A DNA stretch of 64,000 nt from Nanohaloarchaea archaeon B1-Br10_U2g21 (GTDB lineage Archaea > Nanohalarchaeota > Nanosalinia > Nanosalinales > Nanosalinaceae): positions 1 to 64,000 of the forward strand of contig LKMP01000003.1 of assembly GCA_001563915.1 (NCBI GenBank), written 5' to 3'. Of this stretch, positions 28,200 to 38,649 are shown one piece after another. The notes beneath the pieces were generated by a model. It was not told the DNA's origin and did not search any database. It saw nothing but the letters and a program-made list of their open reading frames with translations. The stretch's first letter is position 1. Every line of letters begins with the position of its first letter. A program made the position numbers and the translations under genes.

Positions 28200-30251
28200 A
28201 TGACAACGACAGTCATGGTCGGCGAGAAACCCAAAGTAGCCTCTAGACTCGCACAGGCATTAGGCGATTATTCCATAGAAACAAACCGCGGAGTTAAGAA
28301 CTACATTCTTAGAAAGGAAAATGACACAATAATTATAGCTCCAGCAGTAGGCCATATATTCAATCTAAACGATAAAAGCGATTCTTGGGACTACCCTGTA
28401 TTCGACGTAGAGTGGGTTCCAACTTTCGAAACTAGTGACTCTGCCGATTATATGAAAAAGTATTACAACAATCTCCGAGACCAGCTTGAAAAAGCAGATG
28501 AGTTCATAAACGCATGCGATTACGATTTAGAAGGCTCCGTAATTGGGTCAAACGTCATTAAACACTTAACAGGCGCACCAAACAATCGAATAAAAAGAAT
28601 GAAATTTTCTACACTCACAGCAGGAGATCTACAAGAAGCTTATGAAGATCTTGAAGAGTTTGACGAAGGGATGACTGAAGCAGGTCTTACACGCCACGTA
28701 CTAGACTTTTATTATGGTATAAACGTTTCCAGAGCCTTAATGAAAGCCGTCAGAGCAAACGACCGTTACAAAACTTTGTCAACTGGTCGTGTACAAGGCC
28801 CTGCACTAGCAATGCTAGCCGAAAAAGAAAGAGAAATAATGGCTTTCGACCCCGATCCATATTGGGAAATATTTCTTAAGAACTCCGAATTTGATGCCAA
28901 GCTCGAGGAAGATGGAGAAGATCGCATATGGGAAGAAGAAAAAGCTGAAGAAATATTCTCAATAGTTAAAGACGAGAAAAAGACGGAAGTAGTCGATGTA
29001 AGCACGAGAAATTATAAACACAATGTCCCTACTCCCTTCAACCTAACAGATCTGCAAAGCGAGGCCTCATCACAATTCAGAATCAACCCTAAACAGACTC
29101 AAGCGATTGCACAGACACTTTATGAAAATGGTTTAATCTCTTATCCTCGTACTGAGTCACAGAAACTGCCTGCAAAAATCGGGCACAAAAATATTTTGAA
29201 GAAGTTAAAGAATCAAGAAAACTACGAAAATCTTGCGAAAAAAGTTCTTTCAAAAAAAGATATTTCTCCTAAACAGGGCAAGAAAAAAGACGATGCACAT
29301 CCTGCAATTTATCCCACAGGAGAGCCCCCTGGAGGCCTTTCAAAGAAAGAACGAAATGTCTACGACTTGATTGTAAAACGGTTTTTCGCAGTATTTGGAA
29401 AAGCAGCAAAAAGACAAAGCGTTACAATGACGCTAAATGTAGAAGGATATGAGTTCAAAGCTAAGTCCAAAATCACAAAGGAACGAAACTGGTTTGACCT
29501 CTATGACCCTTACGTCCGAGTTGAGGAGGCAGAACTGCCTGATCTAAAGGAAGGTCAAGTACTTGACGTAGAAGAATTTGAACTACTCGAAAAAGAAACA
29601 AAACCGCCTCGACGTTATTCACAGTCAGGCATCGTATCAGAACTTGAGAAACGAAATCTTGGAACAAAGGCAACGAGAGCGCAAATTGTAGACAGACTAT
29701 ACAACCGAGACTACATAGAAAATGATCCTATTGAGGTGACCGAACTAGGCCTTGCTATAGTAGACACTCTAGAAAAATACTGTCCAGAAGTAGTTTCTCA
29801 AGACTTAACACGCAGCTTCGAAGAAAAAATGCAGGAAATACGAGAACAAGAACACTCTAGAACCGAAGTACTTAGTGAAGCGGAAAAAAACCTTACGGAT
29901 GTTCTCACAGAGTTCAAATCACAACAGAAAGAGATTGGCTCCGAACTTGTTGAGACAATAGATTCAGAAAGAAACAGAAAAAGAAAACTAGGTCCATGCG
30001 ATAAATGTGAGGATGAAGATCGTGAAGATGGCGTTCTACAGATTATTAAGACTAAAAAAGGCCGTTTTGTAGGCTGCACCAACTATCCTGATTGTGAAAA
30101 TACCTACCCTCTTCCAAGAAACGGAGACATCAACTCTACCGATAAAGAATGTGAAGAATGCGGAAAGCCAATGATTTACGTTGAGAGAAAAAAAGGCAGA
30201 GATTATTCAATGTGTATAGATCCTGATTGTCCAAGCAAAGATGATTGGTAG
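28200..30251 (+). CDS. topA: DNA topoisomerase type IA (Topo I/III-like) with C-terminal zinc ribbons
   Basis: N-terminal TOPRIM region (MVGEKPKVASRLAQALG), type IA core (LYENGLISYPRTESQKLP), three C-terminal CxxC…CxxC ribbons. Confidence 0.9.
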   Translation: MTTTVMVGEKPKVASRLAQALGDYSIETNRGVKNYILRKENDTIIIAPAVGHIFNLNDKSDSWDYPVFDVEWVPTFETSDSADYMKKYYNNLRDQLEKADEFINACDYDLEGSVIGSNVIKHLTGAPNNRIKRMKFSTLTAGDLQEAYEDLEEFDEGMTEAGLTRHVLDFYYGINVSRALMKAVRANDRYKTLSTGRVQGPALAMLAEKEREIMAFDPDPYWEIFLKNSEFDAKLEEDGEDRIWEEEKAEEIFSIVKDEKKTEVVDVSTRNYKHNVPTPFNLTDLQSEASSQFRINPKQTQAIAQTLYENGLISYPRTESQKLPAKIGHKNILKKLKNQENYENLAKKVLSKKDISPKQGKKKDDAHPAIYPTGEPPGGLSKKERNVYDLIVKRFFAVFGKAAKRQSVTMTLNVEGYEFKAKSKITKERNWFDLYDPYVRVEEAELPDLKEGQVLDVEEFELLEKETKPPRRYSQSGIVSELEKRNLGTKATRAQIVDRLYNRDYIENDPIEVTELGLAIVDTLEKYCPEVVSQDLTRSFEEKMQEIREQEHSRTEVLSEAEKNLTDVLTEFKSQQKEIGSELVETIDSERNRKRKLGPCDKCEDEDREDGVLQIIKTKKGRFVGCTNYPDCENTYPLPRNGDINSTDKECEECGKPMIYVERKKGRDYSMCIDPDCPSKDDW

Positions 30252-30283
30252 CTGTAACTTTATAGGCCTAAATACAGTTTAAT

Positions 30284-31138
30284 CTATCTAAAATCTACGG
30301 ATAAAAACTCTATAACCTTATCAGTCCTATTTTGTGCTGCTTTTAAATCAAACTCTGCTCCAAGACCCTCAAACTTTTCATCAAATGAGTTATCCTCTTC
30401 AATCAAAACTTTAATATCTTCAGCAGACTCAACGAAGCTTTCTCTAATCTTTTCGTTTTCAGGATTCTCAGTCTGGATACTTCCATATAGACCAGGCTTC
30501 TGATTAAGCATTCTAGCAGTTAAATCAGTTATCAATTGATAGACTGGAGAGGAGTACTGCTCCATATCTTTTCCAGTTAAATCAGTTTTTCTAATTGTTT
30601 CAGCAACAACTAGCTCGGAAAAATGTATTAGACCTTGTACCAGACTCATGGCCTTATCATGAGTTTCAGGATTTGTTACATGCACATCAGCATCGTTATC
30701 CTCCCAAAAATTCTCCATTATACTCCATTTCTTGCCTTCTTCAGGCGTTAAAACGACTTTCTGACCTGATATAGAATTACTCGGAGCATACATTGGATGC
30801 ATGCCCAACACCTCGCTCGAATATTTTTTCATGGCATCAACCGGCTTTTTCTTTACACTCGTGATATCACAGAGCAAAGTATCATCTGAAATAAATGGGC
30901 CTATTTGCTCTATGACTTCTACTGTTACCGCTATAGGAACTGCTATGATCACTATATCAGCATCTTTGACAATCTCAGTGCTTTCCCCATAAGCCCATCC
31001 ATGATTTTTTGCTACTTTTGAGGCCTGTTCAAGATTTTTACCCGAAATTATGATTTCATTATTTTCATCTAAGTTCTCTCCTAAATGTTGGCCAAACTGA
31101 CCTGTGCCCCCAATAATCGCAATTTTTTGATTAATCAT
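30284..31138 (-). CDS. tyrA: prephenate dehydrogenase
   Basis: N-terminal Rossmann fold (KIAIIGGTGQFGQHL). Length and context within an aromatic amino-acid cluster. Confidence 0.75.
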   Translation of the reverse strand: MINQKIAIIGGTGQFGQHLGENLDENNEIIISGKNLEQASKVAKNHGWAYGESTEIVKDADIVIIAVPIAVTVEVIEQIGPFISDDTLLCDITSVKKKPVDAMKKYSSEVLGMHPMYAPSNSISGQKVVLTPEEGKKWSIMENFWEDNDADVHVTNPETHDKAMSLVQGLIHFSELVVAETIRKTDLTGKDMEQYSSPVYQLITDLTARMLNQKPGLYGSIQTENPENEKIRESFVESAEDIKVLIEEDNSFDEKFEGLGAEFDLKAAQNRTDKVIEFLSVDFR

Positions 31139-31145
31139 ATCAAAA

Positions 31146-32246
31146 TCACGCTAGCTCTTTTTCTAGAATATCGAAGGCCTTTTTGATTTCTTCTTTAGTA
31201 GTGGACCCGAAACAAATTCTAACATTCTGATCGCTTTCAGGACCCATTGGTTCGCCAGGCACCATTGCAACCCCTTTTCCTATCATTTTCATGCAGAACT
31301 TCCAGGAATCTTCCCCCACATTAGGAAACGCATATATTGCGCCTTCAGGATCAATAAAGTCCCAGCCAATATCATTCATCCGGTTAATCAGTAAATCTCT
31401 TCTCTCATGATACTCTTTCTTCATTTCTTCCGCGTGAGAATCAGTTTTCAAGGCCTCAATCGCAGCATACTGCGAGATTCTAGGAGGACATGCCGTTGAA
31501 GCACGAGAAACTTTAGCATACTGTTCAATATTCTCTTCTTCATCTATAACCCATCCTATCCTCCATCCTGTCATTGCATGATTCTTAGATACTGAGCCAA
31601 TTATAGCAGACTTACTGGAGTAAGCCGCAGGAGAATAATGTTCTTTATTATAAGTTAATCTATGATATACCTCATCAGAAACCAAGAACGTATTATTTTT
31701 ATCAGCGAACTCTCCAATTTCTCTGGCTTGTTCTTCAGTCAGCACATATCCTGTAGGATTACTTGGTGTATTAACAACTATGAGATCCGCATCCCTGATT
31801 TCTTTTTTAGCTTCTTCTCTTAATTTGCGCTCTTCATCCCAGTACTCTACTTGGCTCCAGTTATTTCCTGAGACTTCTGAAATCATTTTGTAAGGACCCC
31901 AGCAAGGATCATTAAACACTGCATTATCATTTTCTCCTAATCGGGCAGCAAAAACTGCATATAGTGCGCCCATACCTCCGGTTGTAACCATTACTTCATT
32001 AAAATCTAGTTCAAGTCTTTTTTTCTCTGATTCTTCTCTTGAGATTTCTTTTCTCAATTCTTCAAGCCCTAACATTGGGCTATATCCTTGTTTATTTTCA
32101 AGGCTTTTTCTGGCTGCGTCTTTGACGTGTTTTGGCGTGTCAAAAGAGGGTTGACCTATGTCAAACCTGACAATATTTTCTTGTTTCGAGGCTTTTTCGG
32201 ATATCTTTCTTATTGATAAGTTAATGTTCTGTATTCTTTGACGCAT
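31146..32246 (-). CDS. class I/II PLP-dependent aminotransferase (aspartate/aromatic)
   Basis: PLP-lysine motif SVSKNHAMTGWRIGW, NPTG turn (TPSNPTGYVL). Confidence 0.85.
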   Translation of the reverse strand: MRQRIQNINLSIRKISEKASKQENIVRFDIGQPSFDTPKHVKDAARKSLENKQGYSPMLGLEELRKEISREESEKKRLELDFNEVMVTTGGMGALYAVFAARLGENDNAVFNDPCWGPYKMISEVSGNNWSQVEYWDEERKLREEAKKEIRDADLIVVNTPSNPTGYVLTEEQAREIGEFADKNNTFLVSDEVYHRLTYNKEHYSPAAYSSKSAIIGSVSKNHAMTGWRIGWVIDEEENIEQYAKVSRASTACPPRISQYAAIEALKTDSHAEEMKKEYHERRDLLINRMNDIGWDFIDPEGAIYAFPNVGEDSWKFCMKMIGKGVAMVPGEPMGPESDQNVRICFGSTTKEEIKKAFDILEKELA

Positions 32247-32323
32247 TTTTAGAGACCTCTATAACTAGATTGTTAAAGAGAGAAATATGAAGGAAACGGG
32301 AGAGAATAAGGCCCTATTTAGAG

Positions 32324-32809
32324 TTAGCCCCTCTCATACGTTTCCTGTACTCCGTGCGGAGATTCATGATCAACTTCAGCCATGGTCTGTTTTTCAGAAG
32401 AGTATTCTGTCATAGGATCAGCCACCGTAGTGACTCCCCCATCAGTTCTGTAATCAGTATCTTCTGGACCTACAGTTCCTGGACCCATTGGTCCTGCCAT
32501 CCGAATTGTTCCGCCATCAGTACAAGCTTTATTGCTCTCGCCTTCAAGCGCTTCCGTAGGCGAATCAAAGAACTCAGAGAAAACTTTAAAGGCCTCAGAC
32601 TCTGGACCAAACTCTCCTTGTGTTGTATAGTCTCTTTCTCTCGTCCCATAGCCTGACTTGTCCGGAACTTCTGATACCCCTCTGACTTCTTTAGGGTTGT
32701 AGTCTTCCGGAAAACCTTTGCCCTGTAGACCCAAGTCATCTATTTCTGGAGCTTCTTCATACCCTCCTGCAACTTCATGGACTGACTTTCCATTATCGGA
32801 TTTTACCAT
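32324..32809 (-). CDS. hypothetical Gly/acidic-rich, probably disordered protein
   Basis: 161-aa ORF on the same strand as its neighbours. A perfect SD (gaGGAGGTGAaat) lies immediately upstream of its ATG on the minus strand. Confidence 0.5.
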   Translation of the reverse strand: MVKSDNGKSVHEVAGGYEEAPEIDDLGLQGKGFPEDYNPKEVRGVSEVPDKSGYGTRERDYTTQGEFGPESEAFKVFSEFFDSPTEALEGESNKACTDGGTIRMAGPMGPGTVGPEDTDYRTDGGVTTVADPMTEYSSEKQTMAEVDHESPHGVQETYERG

Positions 32810-33188
32810 TTATTTCACCTCCTCTACTGACTGTTTAACGGTTTCATGTTGACGTGATTGTGTGTAGTTGTGTTTTTGTTTCATTGTAACGGTCTTACCT
32901 CGTTGAGAGAAAAGGATTGAGAACCGCTACTCCTTGGATTATCCAAGCAGCAGCAGAATAATTAGCGAAAACAGAATAATAGATGAAACTTCAGAAATTT
33001 GAGAAAATAATGGTTCTGAGTTGTTTCTACAGAAAGTAGAATCTATTGATTTCTGCTCTAGCAAATTCTTTCTATTGGAAGAATTGCAGAACGCATCCAC
33101 CTTTAATTGAGATAAAACATCCACCTGAGGTTGACAATGCGTTCATTGTAGAAAATGATGTTGCACACCACATTTATATATTGCTCGT

Positions 33189-33959
33189 CTAACGGCCAGC
33201 TGAATACGAACCAAGTACTTTAACACGCGCATAATCCTCTAAACAGTTCAAGGCGTTACTAAACTCATCAGTATCATTTGAGATCTCTGCCTCAACATAG
33301 AAGTAATATTCACCAAGCTTCCGTTTTGTAGGCCTAGATTGAATGTGAGAGAGATTGATTCCTTGATCCGCAAAGCATGAAAGCATCGAGTGAAGTAGGC
33401 CCGGCTGATCGCTTCCAGGCTCTAATATCAATGCAGTCTTCTCTTTTTCTTCTATCTCTGTATTTAATGCAAAGAACCGAGTTGTGTTGATATCTCTGTC
33501 TTGTATAGCTTTCTTCAGGATGTTTAAACCATTGATTTTTGCAGCAGTTTCTGATGCAAGCGCAGCCTCACCTTTTCCAAGATTTTCAACTGCTTTTGCA
33601 GTTGATGAAGTTTTTTCCGAGCTCCAGCCATTTTCATCTATTATTTCTTTGCATTGTGAAAGAGCTTGTGGATGCGACTTCACTGTTTTTATTTGTTCTA
33701 AATTTGTTTCGGAAATCAGACAATGATTTATCTTAAGTGTTACTTCCCCAGTAACTGTCTCATTCCTTTTCCTGAGCATATCTACTGTATCCCTTACTTC
33801 TCCACCAAGTGAGTTCTCTACAGGTACGAACTTTGCTTCTGTATTAGACTCAAAAACTTCCGTTATAGTTTCACACCACACTGGTTCAAACTCTCCAAAA
33901 TACTTCAACGCAGCTTCATGTGTATAGGTTCCTTCAGGCCCTAGAAGTGCTACTTTCAT
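33189..33959 (-). CDS. pheA: prephenate dehydratase with C-terminal ACT domain
   Basis: MKVALLGPEGTYTHEAA N-terminus. ESRP-like motif (IQSRPTKRKLGEYYFYVE). Confidence 0.85.
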   Translation of the reverse strand: MKVALLGPEGTYTHEAALKYFGEFEPVWCETITEVFESNTEAKFVPVENSLGGEVRDTVDMLRKRNETVTGEVTLKINHCLISETNLEQIKTVKSHPQALSQCKEIIDENGWSSEKTSSTAKAVENLGKGEAALASETAAKINGLNILKKAIQDRDINTTRFFALNTEIEEKEKTALILEPGSDQPGLLHSMLSCFADQGINLSHIQSRPTKRKLGEYYFYVEAEISNDTDEFSNALNCLEDYARVKVLGSYSAGR

Positions 33960-34216
33960 CTTTTATCCTTCTGCTCTTTAACAGCCAAGTCTATCAACAA
34001 TTTTGCTAATTCTCCGCCCTTTTCAGCATCGAGACCCTTCTCTGAAAACTTTTGTTGGAATGAGCTTATGACTTCCTCCTCGCGCTCCTCATCCCTAATA
34101 GGAATTCCTTTTCCCATTTTTTCCGCACTTATATTTTCAACGACAGTCATCCTTTCTGCTATAAGATCAACTATTTCATCGTTTATTGTATCTATCTCTT
34201 CCCTATATTTGTTTAA
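33956..34216 (-). CDS. chorismate mutase (AroQ class); likely starts at the internal Met (MLNKYREEID…) rather than at 34291
   Basis: LNKYREEIDTINDEIVDLIAERMTVVENISAEKM matches AroQ helix 1. Using the internal start avoids overlap with radB. Confidence 0.7.
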   Translation of the reverse strand, partial: LNKYREEIDTINDEIVDLIAERMTVVENISAEKMGKGIPIRDEEREEEVISSFQQKFSEKGLDAEKGGELAKLLIDLAVKEQKDKR

Positions 34217-34259
34217 CATGCAGATACCTGTATTTGACAGAGTTAAAAAACCTGATTTT

Positions 34260-34946
34260 TTAGAGAATACTGCTTCCTTCTTTGGGCTCAACTATACCGT
34301 CATTCGCAATCCTGAACTCTTTAGACAGGCCTCGGGGTAGCGAACGGTGTTTTGAAACCTCTATTTCCCGGCTTTTGCCATCAGATAATTTCAGCAAACA
34401 TTTTGACCAATATTTTGGCACGTCGCGCCCTACTAGCTCTAGCTCTTCCTCATCAAAACTTGTATATACTTGATTAGTTATTAAAACAGGAATTTCATGT
34501 CTTCTGGCTATTTTTGAGAGCTCTGAGAGCTGTTTTGAAAGTTTTTGATTTATTTTTGACGCATTATCACCATTCACCTTTAAACGGTATAATGAAACCG
34601 CAGAATCCACCACTACTAGCTCTATAGCTTCTCTCTCAACTACTTTTCCTAAACCTTCTACTACCTCTTCCTGCTCAGAAAATTCTACAGGATTTTTGAC
34701 CAGAACGTTCCCTAATGCTTTTTCGGAAGCAATTTGAGCCATTCTTTCAGGAGAAAATCCTCCTTCCGTGTCTATATATGCTACCTTCTCCCCTTTCTCA
34801 GCAACAGTAGCTGCTGCCTGAACACACAAATTTGTCTTCCCCGTGCCTGATTCGCCGTAAATGTTGGTTATAATCCCTTTTTCTAAACCACCATTCAACA
34901 GTTCGTCCACGAGCCCGGAACCAGTTGAGACTCTTTTTACTTCCAC
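34260..34946 (-). CDS. radB: DNA repair and recombination protein RadB (RecA/RadA paralog)
   Basis: Walker A motif GESGTGKTN. 228 aa, lacks the RadA N-terminal domain. Confidence 0.8.
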   Translation of the reverse strand: MEVKRVSTGSGLVDELLNGGLEKGIITNIYGESGTGKTNLCVQAAATVAEKGEKVAYIDTEGGFSPERMAQIASEKALGNVLVKNPVEFSEQEEVVEGLGKVVEREAIELVVVDSAVSLYRLKVNGDNASKINQKLSKQLSELSKIARRHEIPVLITNQVYTSFDEEELELVGRDVPKYWSKCLLKLSDGKSREIEVSKHRSLPRGLSKEFRIANDGIVEPKEGSSIL

Positions 34947-35054
34947 ATAGTACTATGTGTGCTGAAACCTTAAATCTGGTTGAGAATGAAAACAAGATTT
35001 TTACTCACGTAAACAAAAAAGTTTATAATAGTTCTACAAGGTAAAGTTGAGTAT

Positions 35055-35396
35055 ATGGAAGAACGTCCAGCCTCACTACTGACCTATAAGACTTACAGAA
35101 AGAAATTCGACTCTGTATACGAACGAAACAAATTTTACAGAGGTCTTTTCGGGTACAAACAGACTGTGAAGCGGAACGGCAAACGCTACGAATATGAAAA
35201 AGATGGGTTAATGGACGAAGTACCCAATATACGAATCGATGATTCAGTATTCATAATTGTCAAAGACTATACAAACAAGGTTGACGAATACTTCCAGAGT
35301 TGGGGCGACAAAGTATCCCACCACATATTTAAAGTCCTGATAGAGGACAAGGCAATGATCAATAAGATCAAAGAAAAAGAAGGTGAAATAGCATGA
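35055..35396 (+). CDS. hypothetical small basic protein (113 aa), translationally coupled to cdc48
   Basis: Lys/Arg/Tyr-rich. Its stop overlaps the cdc48 start (ATGA). Confidence 0.45.
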   Translation: MEERPASLLTYKTYRKKFDSVYERNKFYRGLFGYKQTVKRNGKRYEYEKDGLMDEVPNIRIDDSVFIIVKDYTNKVDEYFQSWGDKVSHHIFKVLIEDKAMINKIKEKEGEIA

Positions 35397-37654
35397 GCGA
35401 ACCTGTAAGACTCCGAGTAGGCGAAGTACCTCCAAACGCACAACAAGACGTCGGTCGTGGAATAATCCGTATCGACAGCAAAATCATGGAACAACTAGGC
35501 GTAAGAGAGGGAGATGCAGTAACTGTCGAAGGAAACAGAGAAACTGTAGGCCTAGCGGCACGAAGCTATCCTGCAGACAAAGGCCTAGGAATAGCTAGAA
35601 TGGACGGATACACGAGAAAAAACGCAGGAACAAGTCTCGGAGAACATGTAGAAATACAGGAAGCTGAAATCAGCGAAGCTGAGAAAATAGTGCTTGCTCC
35701 TGCAGAAGAAGGAGTTATGATGCAAGTCTCTGACCCCAACATTTTCAAAAGAGGAATACTAGGACGGCCCGTCATGCAAGGAGACATAATTGTGCCAGGT
35801 AATCAAGACCGTCCACGGAGCTTCTTTGAAGATATGTTTGAAACTGCAGCAGATAATTTCTCCTTCAGTTTTGGAAACACAAAGCTAAGTGTGGTAAAAA
35901 CAAAGCCACAAGGGCCTGTGAAAATCACAGAAGCAACAGAAATCGAAATGAAGGAACGAGCAGTATCTGAACCAAAACGACAGGTCAAAGTACCTGAAGT
36001 GACGTACGAAGATATAGGAGGTCTCGATGAAGAAGTACAAAAAGTTCGAGAAATGATCGAACTTCCACTAAAACATCCTGAAGTATTCCAGCAATTAGGA
36101 ATTGATGCTCCAAGCGGTGTGCTTCTACAAGGTCCTCCTGGAACAGGTAAGACTTTACTCGCAAAAGCTGTAGCAAACGAAGCAGATGCAAACTTCCTTT
36201 CAATTGATGGACCGGAAATAATGTCTAAATATTACGGAGAATCAGAGAAACAACTACGTGAAAAATTCGAGGAGGCTAGGGAAGGAGAGCCATCAATAAT
36301 ATTTATCGATGAAATAGATGCAATAGCTCCTAAAAGAGGTGAAGCTGGCGGCGAAGTAGAGAGAAGAGTTGTAGCGACACTTCTGAGCGAAATGGATGGT
36401 TTAGAAAGCCGAGAAAACGTTATTGTTATTGCCGCAACAAACCGGCCTGAAGCAATAGATCCTGCACTGCGAAGAGGAGGTCGTTTCGACAGAGAAATAG
36501 AAATAGGTGTTCCTAACAGCCGAGGACGAAAAGAAATACTACAAATCCATACGCGAAACATGCCGTTAGAAGAAGACGTAGATTTGGAAGAACTTGCTGA
36601 TCTAACTCATGGCTACGTAGGCGCCGATCTTGAGGCCTTATGTAAAGAGGCCGCTATGAGCGTGCTAAGAAAAGTACTACCTGAAATTGACATGGATGAA
36701 GAAATACCAAGCGAAGTACTTGAAAAACTAGTAGTAGACCGTGATGCAATGCTGGACGGCCTCAGAAATGTTGAACCTTCCCAGATGAGAGAAGTAATGG
36801 TTGAAGTGCCAAAAGTTTCATGGAACGATGTAGGAGGACTAAATGAGACTAAAGAAAGACTAAGAGAAATGGTTGAGTGGCCTCAAAAACACCCTGAAAG
36901 ATTCGAAGAAATGGGGATAGAGGTGCCAAAAGGCATTATGCTTTATGGAATGCCTGGAACAGGTAAGACTTTGCTCGCAAAAGCTGTAGCAAACGAATCC
37001 AACTCCAACTTCATCTCAATCAAGGGACCTGAAGTATTCTCTAAATATGTAGGAGAATCCGAAGAAGCAGTAAGAGAGATTTTCCAAAAAGCCAGACAAG
37101 TAGCGCCTTGCATCCTGTTTATTGACGAAATAGACGCTATTGCTCCTCGTAGAGGAGGAAGAAGCAGCGATTCCGGCGTAGGAGACAGAGTAGTAAACCA
37201 GCTTCTCACAGAATTGGATGGAATCGAATCTCTTGAAGGCGTAACTGTCATTGCGGCAACAAACAGACCCGACATGATAGATCCTGCAATTACAAGACCA
37301 GGAAGAATTGACAGAAACGTAGAGGTTACAGTTCCGGACTTAGAAAGTCGTAAGAAGATCTTTGAAGTGCATACACAAGATATGCCTCTAAACGACGACG
37401 TAGATTTGGAAAAACTCGCTCAACTTACAGAAAACTTTGTAGGAAGCGATATTGAGGCCTTATGCCGAGAAGCGGCAATGATATCACTAAGAGAAGATCT
37501 AGAAGATAGAAAAGTATCCATGAGTGAGTTTGAGGAGGCTATTAAGGATACAAAGGCCACGGCAACTGAGGAAAACCGTAATCTCTATCGCCAAATGGCA
37601 CGTAAAATGGATGATCTAGAACAAAAGAAAGAAACTCCTGACTACTTTGCTTAA
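35393..37654 (+). CDS. cdc48: CDC48/VCP-like AAA+ ATPase (N domain plus two AAA modules)
   Basis: Two Walker A motifs ([17 protein letters not shown] and [17 protein letters not shown]), two second-region-of-homology segments, CDC48 N-domain. 753 aa. Confidence 0.95.
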   Translation: MSEPVRLRVGEVPPNAQQDVGRGIIRIDSKIMEQLGVREGDAVTVEGNRETVGLAARSYPADKGLGIARMDGYTRKNAGTSLGEHVEIQEAEISEAEKIVLAPAEEGVMMQVSDPNIFKRGILGRPVMQGDIIVPGNQDRPRSFFEDMFETAADNFSFSFGNTKLSVVKTKPQGPVKITEATEIEMKERAVSEPKRQVKVPEVTYEDIGGLDEEVQKVREMIELPLKHPEVFQQLGIDAPSGVLLQGPPGTGKTLLAKAVANEADANFLSIDGPEIMSKYYGESEKQLREKFEEAREGEPSIIFIDEIDAIAPKRGEAGGEVERRVVATLLSEMDGLESRENVIVIAATNRPEAIDPALRRGGRFDREIEIGVPNSRGRKEILQIHTRNMPLEEDVDLEELADLTHGYVGADLEALCKEAAMSVLRKVLPEIDMDEEIPSEVLEKLVVDRDAMLDGLRNVEPSQMREVMVEVPKVSWNDVGGLNETKERLREMVEWPQKHPERFEEMGIEVPKGIMLYGMPGTGKTLLAKAVANESNSNFISIKGPEVFSKYVGESEEAVREIFQKARQVAPCILFIDEIDAIAPRRGGRSSDSGVGDRVVNQLLTELDGIESLEGVTVIAATNRPDMIDPAITRPGRIDRNVEVTVPDLESRKKIFEVHTQDMPLNDDVDLEKLAQLTENFVGSDIEALCREAAMISLREDLEDRKVSMSEFEEAIKDTKATATEENRNLYRQMARKMDDLEQKKETPDYFA

Positions 37655-37699
37655 CATTGACCAATCCAATTTAAAACCCTTGAGCCCTAAGACTGTAAC

Positions 37700-38641
37700 A
37701 TGTCTGACTTTAAGTGCAGTGTTTGCGACCGTAGCTTTGACAGCGAGAGAGGGCTAAAGATTCACTTTTCCCAGATGCACAGCGAAGAAGAAGAGAAAGA
37801 AGCCTCAAAACAACCCGATAACGAACAAGATGAGAATTCAAGTATTCTAGTGCTAGGAGTCAGACAAGCAGTAACTTTATCTTTCATTTTTGGACTGGTT
37901 ACTGGTCTTTTGATTGGGACAATGTTATTCATGATTTCTGGAGTAGGTTTAGAATCACCTCTCAGCTCAGGAGATGATGACGAAAGCGAATCAGATATTG
38001 AAACTATTAGTGGGATGCCTTATGATGCAAACATAGGTACAGGTTCAGAAAACGTTGAGTGGAATGGCGAGACTGTTGAACTAGAGGATAGGCCTTACTT
38101 GGGCGATGACGATGCACCAATCACTATGGTAAGCTATGAAGACTTTTTCTGCCCATTCTGCACAGGTTTCCACAATGAAGACTTTGCAGCTGCCAATAAC
38201 ATGAACTCTGCCTTCAATGATATAGTAGAGAATCATATTGAAACCGGCGAAGTCCAGTACTACTACAAGAACCTTCCAGTAGCCGGCGGAGATATGCCTG
38301 CTGAAGCATCAGAATGTATGCTAGATCACGGTAGTCCTGAGGCATTCTGGGACTTTAACTATGAACATTTTGACAATTTTGAAGAACTTCAGCAGATTGT
38401 CGAGACAGATCCTTCAGAGTATAATGACATAATGGTTTCATGGGCTGATCAACTTGATGCAGACGAAGATGCTTTTAGTTCATGTATTGAAAATTCTGAA
38501 ACTCAGGAAAGAGTAAGCAACCATGTTGACGAAGCAGATAGTTTGGGCGCATCAGCGACACCATCAGTCTTTATAAACGGCGAACTTATAGAAGGAGCTC
38601 AGCCTTATTCAGCCTTTGAAGCAGTGATAGAAGAACAGTAG
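37700..38641 (+). CDS. fusion of an N-terminal C2H2 zinc finger, a TM helix and a DsbA-like thioredoxin domain
   Basis: FKCSVCDRSFDSERGLKIHFSQMH has C-x2-C-x12-H-x4-H spacing. A TM helix (VTLSFIFGLVTGLLIGTMLFMI) follows, then a thioredoxin CxxC (FFCPFCTGFH) and a DsbA-like C-terminus (ATPSVFINGELIEG). Confidence 0.7.
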   Translation: MSDFKCSVCDRSFDSERGLKIHFSQMHSEEEEKEASKQPDNEQDENSSILVLGVRQAVTLSFIFGLVTGLLIGTMLFMISGVGLESPLSSGDDDESESDIETISGMPYDANIGTGSENVEWNGETVELEDRPYLGDDDAPITMVSYEDFFCPFCTGFHNEDFAAANNMNSAFNDIVENHIETGEVQYYYKNLPVAGGDMPAEASECMLDHGSPEAFWDFNYEHFDNFEELQQIVETDPSEYNDIMVSWADQLDADEDAFSSCIENSETQERVSNHVDEADSLGASATPSVFINGELIEGAQPYSAFEAVIEEQ

Positions 38642-38649
38642 AGTGAACA

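Noticed and set aside
32354-32739. Alternative ORFs (100 aa plus-strand, 89 aa minus-strand) overlapping the 161-aa Gly/acidic gene
   Set aside because: The 161-aa minus-strand frame has a perfect SD immediately upstream and matches the strand of the surrounding operon. The alternatives are basic and atypical for this proteome.
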